A stretch of 64,000 nucleotides of DNA from Candidatus Sungiibacteriota bacterium (GTDB taxonomy: Bacteria; Patescibacteriota; Minisyncoccia; Sungbacterales; HO2-52-23). Position numbers and translations under genes: made by a program. Under the pieces are notes generated by a model. The model saw nothing but the letters and a program-made list of their open reading frames with translations, was not told where the DNA came from and ran no database searches. Location: NCBI GenBank assembly GCA_016180435.1, contig JACPBG010000003.1:13791-77790 (forward strand). Direction: 5' to 3'. The first letter of the stretch is position 1, and every line of letters starts with the position of its first letter. Positions 44,994 through 53,512 of the stretch are shown piece after piece.

Positions 44994-46028
44994 ATGGAGT
45001 CATTAGGAAGAGGTCTTGAATCCTTAATTCCCGATAGGGGGCCGGAAGAAATTCCGGCGGATTTGGGCGCGGAAAATAGTGAGGATAAAATTACTCCGGA
45101 ATCCGAACACAATTTAACTGCCAGGGCGGGAACGCCCGCATCTCCTCTGGCATCGCTCGGCGCGTCACAGCGCGCTACTTTTCATGATAATTTCCAGCCC
45201 AAAAAAACCGATTCGGTTTTTTGGATTGAAATAGATAAGATTGAATCCAACCCTTATCAGCCGCGCCGCGAATTTAACGAGGGCGCGTTGAAGGATCTCG
45301 CCATGTCCATACGCGAGCATGGATTATTGCAGCCGATTTTGGTTTCCAAGCAAGAGATCGAGACCCAAACCGGACTGGATGTCAGGTATCAATTGATTGC
45401 TGGAGAAAGAAGGTGGCGCGCGGCGACGCTTGCCGGACTTTCGCAAATTCCGGCTGTGATCAGGCGCGGCGTGCCGGATAATCGCCTGAAATTGGAATTG
45501 GCTTTGATTGAAAATGTTCAGCGTGAGGACTTAAATCCCATGGAGCGCGCGCGGGCCTTCAAGCAATTAGTTGATGAGTTCCATCTGATGCAAAAAGAAA
45601 TTGCCGAGCGTATTGGCAAATCGCGCGAAACCGTGGCCAACACTTTAAGGCTTTTAACCCTTCCTGCAGACATCCAGCAAGGGTTGCATGAGGGGCGTAT
45701 TACCGAGGGACATGCGCGCGCGGTTTTAATTGCCGGGGATGATCAAACCAAACAATTTGAAGTATATAATGCGATCTTAATGGATCGTTTGAATGTGCGC
45801 GAGGCGGAAAATCGCGCACGGCATGTGTCCGGCAAAGCGTTTACCCCGCGCAAGCGCCCTTCGGCAGTGCAGGACCCGGAACTTCGCCGTTGGCAGAATG
45901 AATTGCAGGAGCGTTTGGGAACCAAAGTGCGTTTGGAAAAATTGGGCGACCGCGGAAAAATTATTGTTGAGTTCTATTCCGACGAAGAGCTTCAAGGGCT
46001 GTTGGGCAAATTAATACACGAAACATAA
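44994..46028 (+). CDS. parB: ParB/Spo0J partition protein
   Basis: ParB box IEIDKIESNPYQPRREF, GLLQPILV, HTH region, and C-terminal dimerisation segment. Has an N-terminal low-complexity extension. Confidence 0.9.
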   Translation: MESLGRGLESLIPDRGPEEIPADLGAENSEDKITPESEHNLTARAGTPASPLASLGASQRATFHDNFQPKKTDSVFWIEIDKIESNPYQPRREFNEGALKDLAMSIREHGLLQPILVSKQEIETQTGLDVRYQLIAGERRWRAATLAGLSQIPAVIRRGVPDNRLKLELALIENVQREDLNPMERARAFKQLVDEFHLMQKEIAERIGKSRETVANTLRLLTLPADIQQGLHEGRITEGHARAVLIAGDDQTKQFEVYNAILMDRLNVREAENRARHVSGKAFTPRKRPSAVQDPELRRWQNELQERLGTKVRLEKLGDRGKIIVEFYSDEELQGLLGKLIHET

Positions 46029-46161
46029 ATTTGATGGCGGAATTTTATCCCCACACCAAATTTGGTGTGGGGGTTTGTTTGGATGAGGAACTTAGGGGAA
46101 TACTTGACAAATTGATCAGAGAGGTGTAGATTTATTGTGGTTCATTGCTGGGAGTTTATTT

Positions 46162-46458
46162 ATGCGAAACTTGTGGAAGTTATTGTTAGATCTTTTTGGT
46201 TTAACTAAAAATTATTATCCTTCTTTCAGTCCTGGTGAAACCTTGTTGGTAGAAGAAGGCGGACGGCTACTCTTTGGGGTAGTAGAACAGGTTACCGGTC
46301 GTCATGAGTTCGATAGGGTGTTGTTTAAGTATTCAACAACTTCAAGTTTTAGCGCCAATCTGCCTTTTTTTGTTACCATGGTTCGGCAAAAGGTTTCATT
46401 GGCGGATGTCTTGACTAAGGCCAATCAGCTCCCCAATCCGTATCTTAAAACAATTTAG
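46162..46458 (+). CDS. Hypothetical small protein
   Basis: GGGAG 8 nt upstream of the ATG; preceded by a parB-3'-end-like duplicated module containing TTGACA-N17-TAGATT; a terminator atcggctctcgggccgat + T-run follows. Confidence 0.4.
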   Translation: MRNLWKLLLDLFGLTKNYYPSFSPGETLLVEEGGRLLFGVVEQVTGRHEFDRVLFKYSTTSSFSANLPFFVTMVRQKVSLADVLTKANQLPNPYLKTI

Positions 46459-46529
46459 TCGTTGATCTAATCGGCTCTCGGGCCGATTTTTTTGTTTGAC
46501 ATTTTTGGCTGGTAAGTTATACTAAAATT

Positions 46530-46751
46530 ATGAAGCGGTTTACAACCCCTATCATTGATGTAAAAAAATATGGCGGAAAACAGGTGGCGATTGTGAAAGG
46601 AAAAATTGTGGCTTCCGGTATCACCACCCGGGAGGTGTTGGAGAATGCCAGAAAAAAACTTCCGCATGCGACTTGGCGCGATATTCTCTTGGTGAGCGTT
46701 CCTATAATTTTATCCCCACACCTTTCCAGAGTATTTCATAGGAAGGTGTGA
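46530..46751 (+). CDS. DUF5678-like small protein (copy 2, orphan)
   Basis: MKRFTTPIIDVKKYGGKQVAIVKGKIVASGITTREVLENARKKLP, a paralogue of 35696..35953. Confidence 0.5.
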   Translation: MKRFTTPIIDVKKYGGKQVAIVKGKIVASGITTREVLENARKKLPHATWRDILLVSVPIILSPHLSRVFHRKV

Positions 46752-46885
46752 GGATTTATTAATTTGGGTGTAAGCGCGGAAAAATCATGACTGAGTTTTA
46801 TTCGGATGAGGAACTAAGAGGCATACTTGACAAATTAATAAGGGAGGTGTAATCTGTGTGTAGCTATTTGGAAAGGTGAATCGCA

Positions 46886-47248
46886 ATGGAAGAACAAATG
46901 TTGGTTGCTCCGACTTCGGAAGATTTAAGGTTATCCGACTTTATTAAGGGTGAGTTCGTGCGGTGGCATGAAAAAGGAGTAGAACATTTTGGGATAGTGG
47001 CCGAAATAAATTTAGGTGAATCTCAGGTTTTGGCGGTTCAAGGTGGGAATCCTTTCCCCACTTGTTTCTTTTATTTTGCGACGTCAGAACAGCGGGTTCG
47101 CAATAAGGAGGTAGACCTGCGAAAGACGACTTTGGGTGAGTTTCTGATAGATTCGAACACGATATCTAGGAATTACTCGGACTGTTCTAAAAAATATAAC
47201 GAAGTCGTCGATTCATTGGCAGTTCTTTTGCGTGCTGTAAATCATTAA
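46886..47248 (+). CDS. Hypothetical protein (distant paralogue of 46162..46458)
   Basis: Preceded by the second parB-tail-like module (MTEFYSDEELRGILDKLIREV coding remnant, TTGACA-N17-TAATCT); a similar terminator hairpin follows. Confidence 0.4.
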   Translation: MEEQMLVAPTSEDLRLSDFIKGEFVRWHEKGVEHFGIVAEINLGESQVLAVQGGNPFPTCFFYFATSEQRVRNKEVDLRKTTLGEFLIDSNTISRNYSDCSKKYNEVVDSLAVLLRAVNH

Positions 47249-47374
47249 CAGTTCGGTCCTCGGGCCGATTTTTTATAGTTTAAATAATAGCCAGGCTCAA
47301 AGCCCTACCTGTCGGTAGGTAGGGCTACCATAAGCAAACCTTTTAAGCGAGCGTTGCGGCCGAAGGTATTTTCT

Positions 47375-47614
47375 ATTTTAGACAATGGGAGGATAAAATT
47401 GCTTGCCCCGCACCAAATTTTGACTGCCGCTTTCGTTTCCATCCAAGCAAATATGAACATCTGTTAAGAAATACAGAATATGTCCCGCCAGCTTATTCGA
47501 GGTGGCACGGAAACGGTCAAAATTTTGATGACGGGGCTTGGCTTGTGCGAAGCGCAAAAATTTGTCCGACCCTTAGCGAGGCCGCCGCAGGAGCGGCCGA
47601 GACGTGTCTAAAAT
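47375..47614. repeat. Family-B structured element, long copy, downstream of relA
   Basis: attttagaca...tgtctaaaat closing stem; shares the gaggcCgccgc...gcggCcga stem (compensated relative to the 41-kb copy) and the gagtcacag motif. Confidence 0.65.
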
Positions 47615-47644
47615 AGGAAATACCCGAGAAGCCGCATCAGCGAG

Positions 47645-49375
47645 TCACAGTAATTTATAACTTACATCCTCAATCCCTTTTATCCCCTTTAATCTCACCA
47701 TCATTTTTTCCACCTCGGTTTTATTTTTAAATCCCTCGGCATGTATTAGAAGCGCCGCCCATTTTTGATTTTTGGTGTCGGTATCCACTTTTTTTATATT
47801 TATTTTGTGTTTGGCCAGCATGTGGGTTACGTCGCGTAACAGTCCCACCCGGTCGCGGATCGTCAGGTTGAATTCCACTGTTTCTCCGCCGCGTTTTTCG
47901 AATTTTTTATCCCCCTCGGAATGTTTAAGAAAAGAACTTATTTTTTTACGCGCCTGCGCGCTTTTTACTATTTTCAGCCAATCGCGGCTCGGTTTTTTGT
48001 TTTTCTGTTTTAAGATTTCCACAATGTCCCCGTTTTTCAGGATATGATCCAAGGCAACCATTTTTCCGTTGATTTTGGCGCCGACTGCGGTGTTTCCAAT
48101 ATCGGAATGCACATGATACGCAAAATCAATGGGCGTAGATCCTTCCGGCAGATCAAAGGCATCGCCTTTGGGAGTCAGGACAAAAATCCTATCTTTGAAA
48201 AAATCGATTTTTAGCGCCTCCAAAAATTCCTCCGGTTTTTCAAATTCCTTTTGCCATTCGCGTAGCTGCTCAATCCAGGCAAAGTGCCGCGCATTTATTT
48301 TGGAGGAGCGCCCTTCGGCATACGCCTGGGTGTCGCGGCGTTTCATTTCCGAATATGCCCAATGCGCGGCAATTCCGAATTCCGCTTCTCCATGCATTTC
48401 TGGCGTTCGTATCTGAATTTCTATCGGACGCTCTTCATGGCCGATTACGGTGGTATGAAGCGAGCGATAGCCGTTGGGCTTGGGAAGCGCAATATAATCT
48501 TTGATGCGCCCGGGTAGGGGTTTCCAGAGTTTATGTATTACGCCAAGCGTCGCGTAGCAATCTTCAATTGTAGGCACAATGATGCGCAGCGCCACTATAT
48601 CCGTGATTTTTCTTACATCCATGCCATAACGCAGAAGTTTTTTGTAGAGCGAATAATAATGCTTGGCGCGCGCATTTATTCCGGTGAAAGGAATTCTTTC
48701 TTTCACAAGCTCCTCGGTAAGCACCGGTTTTATCCGCTCGACATATTTTCGCCAATCCTCATAGGTTTCTTTGGCCTCTTTCATAAGCCATTCGTATTCC
48801 GAAGAATACACATGGGGGAAAGACAGATCCTCCAATTTTCCCGAAAGATCCGCCATGCCGAGGCGATAAGCCAGGGGCGCGTAAATTTCCAGGGTTTCCA
48901 ACGCAATCCGTTTTTGTTTTTCCGGCGGCAGATGAGAAAGAGTTTGCATATTATGGAAACGGTCCACGAGTTTCAGTAAAACCACGCGAATATCTTCGCC
49001 GATTGCCAGAAACATTTTACGCAAGCTCTCGGCCGAGCGTTCGGTGCCGCGGTATCTTATTTTATCCAGTTTGGTGACTCCTTGAACCAGAAACGCAATT
49101 TCGTCTCCGAATTCTTTGCGTATGTCTTTAATCGAGTGGTACGTATCTTCGCATACGTCGTGCAGGAGCGCGGCGGCAATGGTGGAGGAGTCAAGATGCA
49201 TGTCAACGAGTTCAGATGCGGTTGCCAGGGGATGGGATATATATGGGTCGCCGGATTTCCGTTTTTGTTCTCCATGGGCTTTGGCGGCAAAATCGTAGGC
49301 GCGTTTAATCAACATCAGGTCCTCTGCGGAGCGCGCCTGCGCTTTTATTTTTTCGAAAAGATTTTGCGCGGTCAT
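47645..49375 (-). CDS. relA: Bifunctional (p)ppGpp synthetase/hydrolase RelA/SpoT
   Basis: HD domain (HD...DVCED), synthetase domain (RIKDYIALPKPNGYRSLHTTV), TGS and ACT domains. Start placed at MTAQNLFEKIKA; the longer ORF from 49669 would run into topA. Confidence 0.9.
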   Translation of the reverse strand: MTAQNLFEKIKAQARSAEDLMLIKRAYDFAAKAHGEQKRKSGDPYISHPLATASELVDMHLDSSTIAAALLHDVCEDTYHSIKDIRKEFGDEIAFLVQGVTKLDKIRYRGTERSAESLRKMFLAIGEDIRVVLLKLVDRFHNMQTLSHLPPEKQKRIALETLEIYAPLAYRLGMADLSGKLEDLSFPHVYSSEYEWLMKEAKETYEDWRKYVERIKPVLTEELVKERIPFTGINARAKHYYSLYKKLLRYGMDVRKITDIVALRIIVPTIEDCYATLGVIHKLWKPLPGRIKDYIALPKPNGYRSLHTTVIGHEERPIEIQIRTPEMHGEAEFGIAAHWAYSEMKRRDTQAYAEGRSSKINARHFAWIEQLREWQKEFEKPEEFLEALKIDFFKDRIFVLTPKGDAFDLPEGSTPIDFAYHVHSDIGNTAVGAKINGKMVALDHILKNGDIVEILKQKNKKPSRDWLKIVKSAQARKKISSFLKHSEGDKKFEKRGGETVEFNLTIRDRVGLLRDVTHMLAKHKINIKKVDTDTKNQKWAALLIHAEGFKNKTEVEKMMVRLKGIKGIEDVSYKLL

Positions 49376-49425
49376 GTGTATTTTTAATAAATCCTGGCGT
49401 TTTTTCAATACAAATCCGCGTATTT

Positions 49426-51537
49426 TTACGCGGATTTTTCTTTTGTTTCTAGCTCTGATAGAGGATTTGTCCACGATGCAAAATCGCAGTTGGGGTAGCG
49501 CGAGCATCCGAAAAACACTTTGCCTCGGCGCGTGCGCCGCATGATCACGTCTCCCCCGCCCGCCGGGGCGGGCGAGGCTCGCCCGTCTTTGATGGGCGGC
49601 TCTGCGCATTTCGGACACTTCATGCCAATGGTTTGGGGCTCTTGTTTCAGGGTCTTGGTTGTTTTGCAATCGGGGAAGCCGGAGCAGGCCAAAAATTTTC
49701 CAAATCTTCCAAGTTTAACAATCATGGGTTTTCCGCATTTTTCGCAAATTTCGTCCGTGGTTTCGGCAATTTCATGTTTTTTCACCTCTTCGTATTTTGA
49801 TTCAAGATGCTTGGCGAATGGCTCGTAAAATTCGCGGATAACCGGCTGCCACTCCATTTTTCCTTCGGCTATCTCGTCCAGTTCCTCCTCCATTTTAGCA
49901 GTAAATTGTATGTCCACGATTTCCGGAAAGTGTTCGACCAGCATATCGTTTACCAGAAATCCGACCTCGGTGGGTTTTAGATACCTCCGTTCATGGCGTT
50001 CAACGTATTTTCGGGCAAGAATTGTGGAAATAATAGGAGCATAAGTGGATGGCCGGCCAATGCCATTTTTTTCAAGAGTTTTTACCAAGGTTGCTTCTGA
50101 AAAACGCGGCGGCGGCTGGGTAAAATGCTGAAGGGGTTTTAACTCCCGGCATTCAAGTCGATCGTTTTTGGCAAGTTCCGGAAGTTCGGCTTCGGAAAAT
50201 TTCATGGGGTAAATTTTGAGGAACCCGTCGAATTTCATAACTTGTCCCGTTGCCCGAAAAGTATAGCTGGTAGCTGGTAGCTGGTAGCTGGTAGCTACGG
50301 CAATATCTATGCTGGTGGCATCAAATATTGCCGCTGGCATTTGTGATGCGATAAATCTTCGCCAGATCATGTCATAGAGCCGGAATTGGCGCTGGTCCAG
50401 GAACTTTTTAATGGACTCCGGAGTGCGTCGAGGATCGGTTGGCCGAATGGCTTCATGGGCCTCTTGCGCTCCCCTGGAAGTTGTTTTGAACCGGCGGGGT
50501 GAGGCCGGGGCATAGCGATCTCCCAACTCTTTTTTCAAGAATGCCGCGGCATCGCGCAGTGAGTCCTCGGAAAGATTAAGCGAGTCGGTCCGCATGTATG
50601 TGATAAGTCCGGTGGATCCCTCGTCTCCGAGTTCAATTCCCTCATAAAGCTGCTGGGCGAACATCATGGTTTGTTTGGAAGAAAATCCGAGGCGGCGGAA
50701 CGCATCTTGTTGAATAGTTGAGGTCATGTATGGAGGAAGAGGATTTTTGGATACTGCTTTTTTTTCCACTTCATTTATCGTCCACTCCGCATTTTCCAGA
50801 TTTTTAACAATTTTTTCTGACTCTTCCGCGCTTGCGATATCAAATTTATCCAGCGTCTTATCCCCGATTTTTACTAAATTCGCTTCAAACTGCTGTTCGT
50901 GCTGTTGGTTTTCTGTTCGCGTTGTTTGTGTTTTGAGGAGCGAAGCGACGATAGACCAATATTCTTTGGTCTTAAAATTTTGAATTTCTCGTTCCCGCTC
51001 CACAATCAGGCGCACCGCAACGGACTGCACTCGTCCGGCGGATAGGCCGCGATACATTTTTTTCCACAAAAATGGCGATAGTTTATATCCTACCAGCCGG
51101 TCAAGGATCCGGCGCGCCTGCTGGGCATCAACCTGTTTTAGGTCAATATCGCGCGGATTTTTTAAAGCGTCATTTATGGCGCGTTCAGTTATTTCGTGAA
51201 ATACGATCCTTTCGATGTTATCGCCCGGCCGATCTTCGAGTCCGAGTGCGCTGATAAGATGCCAGGCAATGGCCTCTCCCTCGCGGTCTTCGTCGGTCGC
51301 GAGTATTATTTTATCCGCGGACTTGGCTTCTTTTTTTAATTGGTTTACGTTTTTCCGGCTTTTTAAGGGGATTATATAGCGCGGTTCGAAGTTTTTTTCT
51401 ACATCAATTCCAAGATCGGATTTGGGCAAATCGCGCACGTGGCCATAGCTTGATTCCACAATAAAATCGCTCCCTAAGAATCGGGAGATGGTTCGGGCTT
51501 TGGTGGGACTCTCAACTATTACTAAACTTTTTGCCAT
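49426..51537 (-). CDS. topA: DNA topoisomerase I
   Basis: Toprim N-terminus MAKSLVIVESPTKARTISRFLG, catalytic Tyr region, and C-terminal CxxC zinc ribbons. Has in-frame inserts (the GGCGAGGCTCGCC element at 49555-49600 and the CTACCAG x4 repeat at 50264-50296). Confidence 0.95.
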   Translation of the reverse strand: MAKSLVIVESPTKARTISRFLGSDFIVESSYGHVRDLPKSDLGIDVEKNFEPRYIIPLKSRKNVNQLKKEAKSADKIILATDEDREGEAIAWHLISALGLEDRPGDNIERIVFHEITERAINDALKNPRDIDLKQVDAQQARRILDRLVGYKLSPFLWKKMYRGLSAGRVQSVAVRLIVEREREIQNFKTKEYWSIVASLLKTQTTRTENQQHEQQFEANLVKIGDKTLDKFDIASAEESEKIVKNLENAEWTINEVEKKAVSKNPLPPYMTSTIQQDAFRRLGFSSKQTMMFAQQLYEGIELGDEGSTGLITYMRTDSLNLSEDSLRDAAAFLKKELGDRYAPASPRRFKTTSRGAQEAHEAIRPTDPRRTPESIKKFLDQRQFRLYDMIWRRFIASQMPAAIFDATSIDIAVATSYQLPATSYTFRATGQVMKFDGFLKIYPMKFSEAELPELAKNDRLECRELKPLQHFTQPPPRFSEATLVKTLEKNGIGRPSTYAPIISTILARKYVERHERRYLKPTEVGFLVNDMLVEHFPEIVDIQFTAKMEEELDEIAEGKMEWQPVIREFYEPFAKHLESKYEEVKKHEIAETTDEICEKCGKPMIVKLGRFGKFLACSGFPDCKTTKTLKQEPQTIGMKCPKCAEPPIKDGRASPAPAGGGDVIMRRTRRGKVFFGCSRYPNCDFASWTNPLSELETKEKSA
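49555..49600. repeat. GGCGAGGCTCGCC palindromic element copy in-frame in topA (encodes GRASPAPAGGG on the minus strand)
   Basis: cccgcccgccggggcgggcgaggctcgcccgtctttgatgggcggc. Confidence 0.8.
50264..50296. repeat. In-frame (AGCTGGT)x4 heptad repeat in topA (ATSYQLPATSYQ on the minus strand)
   Basis: agctggtagctggtagctggtagctggtagcta. Confidence 0.8.
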
Positions 51538-51720
51538 AATTTATAAAAATACAAAATATAGGAACCAAAATTCAAGCAGGGATTAAAATTCAAAATTCAC
51601 CTAATTCCTAATTCACCTAATAAAATTTTTAAGGCCCGAATTCTTAATTGCTTTATTAGATATTTTATTAGAAATTAGACAATTAGGTAATTAGGAATTT
51701 ATCTTAATGGGCTTTGTGTT

Positions 51721-52821
51721 TTAAGTGATTCGTTGATATGTATCTCCCCCCGTATTTTTTATGAGCCCCTTTAATTCAAGCATTGAAAGCGTGGCTATGA
51801 TTGCGGAGGTTTCTAAATTCGTGCCGACTTTAATGGCGTCTACGCCAAGCGGTTCGGTCAGTATTTCAAAAATTAATTTTTCCTTTTCACCCAGCCCGGC
51901 GGCAAATTTTTCCGCCCCCTCTTTATTATACTCTATTCCGAGCTCTTCTAAAATATCTTCGGCAGTTGTTACGCATTTGGCGCCTTCTTTTATAAGTGCG
52001 AGCGGTCCGCGGGAATATAGAGAAAATATTGATCCGGGTAGCGCAAATACGTCGCGATTTTGTTCAAGAGCAAGCCGCGCGGTGATAAGCGCTCCGGATC
52101 GCTCCGGCGCTTCAATAACCAGCACTCCTTGTGACAATCCGGAAACAATCCGATTTCTTTGCGGAAAATGCTCTTTGAGCGCCGGAGTCCCGGGCGCGTA
52201 TTCGGATATTACTGCTCCATTATTTTCTATTATTCTTCGGGCAAGGCCTTTGTGCTGCGGCGGAAAAATAGAATTTTGATCAATACCCGAACCCAAGACC
52301 GCAAGAGTGTGCCCGCCGGAATCAAGCGCGGTTTCATGCGCCCGTCCGTCAATGCCCGTGGCAAGTCCGCTTACGATAGTTAAAAAGTCAGCCAGGCGCT
52401 GGGTAATTTTTTCCGCCGCCTCAAGCCCATAGTGGGTTGGTTTTCTGGTGCCGACCACCGCAATGGATCGGGTATTAAGGAGCGAAATATCTCCTTTGCC
52501 GTAAATAACGGCAGGCGGGCTCGGAATTTCCTTTAACGATTCGGGATAATTCGGATCATCTTCGTGGATTGCCCAAATGCCCTCGCGGATCAATGTTCCC
52601 AGTCCTTTATCCGGATGGATAGACGGGCGTTTCCAGAGAATTGATTGCAGGGCGGCGGCCGTAATTCCAACGGAAGCCAGCGCCGATTCATTGGCGTACC
52701 AAGCTGTTTCATAATTCCCGAAATGGTTTTTGAGCGCGCGCAAAGTTACCGGTCCGATGCCGGGGATGGAATTAAAAGCATGTAGAAATTTCAGATCAGT
52801 CATGTCGGTTACTCTACACAA
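51721..52821 (-). CDS. dprA: DNA processing protein DprA (Smf)
   Basis: SAM-like N-terminal domain plus Rossmann DprA domain (AVVGTRKPT.YG...IVSGLA.GID...H). The start may be the internal Met at 52803. Confidence 0.88.
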   Translation of the reverse strand: MCRVTDMTDLKFLHAFNSIPGIGPVTLRALKNHFGNYETAWYANESALASVGITAAALQSILWKRPSIHPDKGLGTLIREGIWAIHEDDPNYPESLKEIPSPPAVIYGKGDISLLNTRSIAVVGTRKPTHYGLEAAEKITQRLADFLTIVSGLATGIDGRAHETALDSGGHTLAVLGSGIDQNSIFPPQHKGLARRIIENNGAVISEYAPGTPALKEHFPQRNRIVSGLSQGVLVIEAPERSGALITARLALEQNRDVFALPGSIFSLYSRGPLALIKEGAKCVTTAEDILEELGIEYNKEGAEKFAAGLGEKEKLIFEILTEPLGVDAIKVGTNLETSAIIATLSMLELKGLIKNTGGDTYQRIT

Positions 52822-52866
52822 TTTTTATTTATTGGGCAAATGAGGTAATATAAAATCGATAGTTCT

Positions 52867-53373
52867 TTGGGAATATATATGCGCGTATTCATGCGATATG
52901 TGCTCGTTTTGCTGCCACTTTTTTTCTTTGTGCAAAGTTGCGCATTCTTTCGATTCAATCCTCGTTCGGATACGGAATTTCGTAAACATCCTCTCGGCAT
53001 GAGTATCTATAATATGAGCGGGATGGAAATAAGCGATGCAGAATGGCAGAGGATTTTTAGTGAGGTTGCGGCCGCGCATCAGGCGCTTAAGGCCTGTTTG
53101 AAAATGAAGGGGGCTACATATAAAGAGCTTATGACACGCTCCATTGTTATTATTCCTCCGGAGGATATATTTTATATCGATGATAAAACGGGCGGGTTTG
53201 TAAATCTAATCTCCATTTTTATCCGTAAGGATAACGTATTTTTATTTTCCATACGCCATGAATGGATTCATATGTACATTTTTTTCGAGAATCCTTTAAC
53301 GCTTGGTGACCCGCCTCATTGGAGCAGGAAGTTCGCGCGCTGCGAAGAAAAATATCATCGTGAGAACAATTGA
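52867..53373 (+). CDS. Putative lipoprotein (hypothetical)
   Basis: Lipobox LFFFVQSC after a hydrophobic h-region. Confidence 0.4.
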   Translation: MGIYMRVFMRYVLVLLPLFFFVQSCAFFRFNPRSDTEFRKHPLGMSIYNMSGMEISDAEWQRIFSEVAAAHQALKACLKMKGATYKELMTRSIVIIPPEDIFYIDDKTGGFVNLISIFIRKDNVFLFSIRHEWIHMYIFFENPLTLGDPPHWSRKFARCEEKYHRENN

Positions 53374-53512
53374 GCACGGCACGGAAATTTTCCGCGCTTT
53401 TTTATTGACACAGCTACGCTACAAGCTCAGCCTTTGGGTTGGGGAATTTGACACTTAAATAACGTGCCGGTAGGGTGATAATATTGTACTTTGCTAAAAA
53501 AAGGGTGCAGTC

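Noticed and set aside
47290-47330. Perfect 10-bp-stem hairpin agccctacct-gtcgg-taggtagggct as a rho-independent terminator
   Set aside because: No U-tract follows on either strand. It is more likely part of the Family-B repeat neighbourhood than a canonical terminator. Mentioned only as structure.
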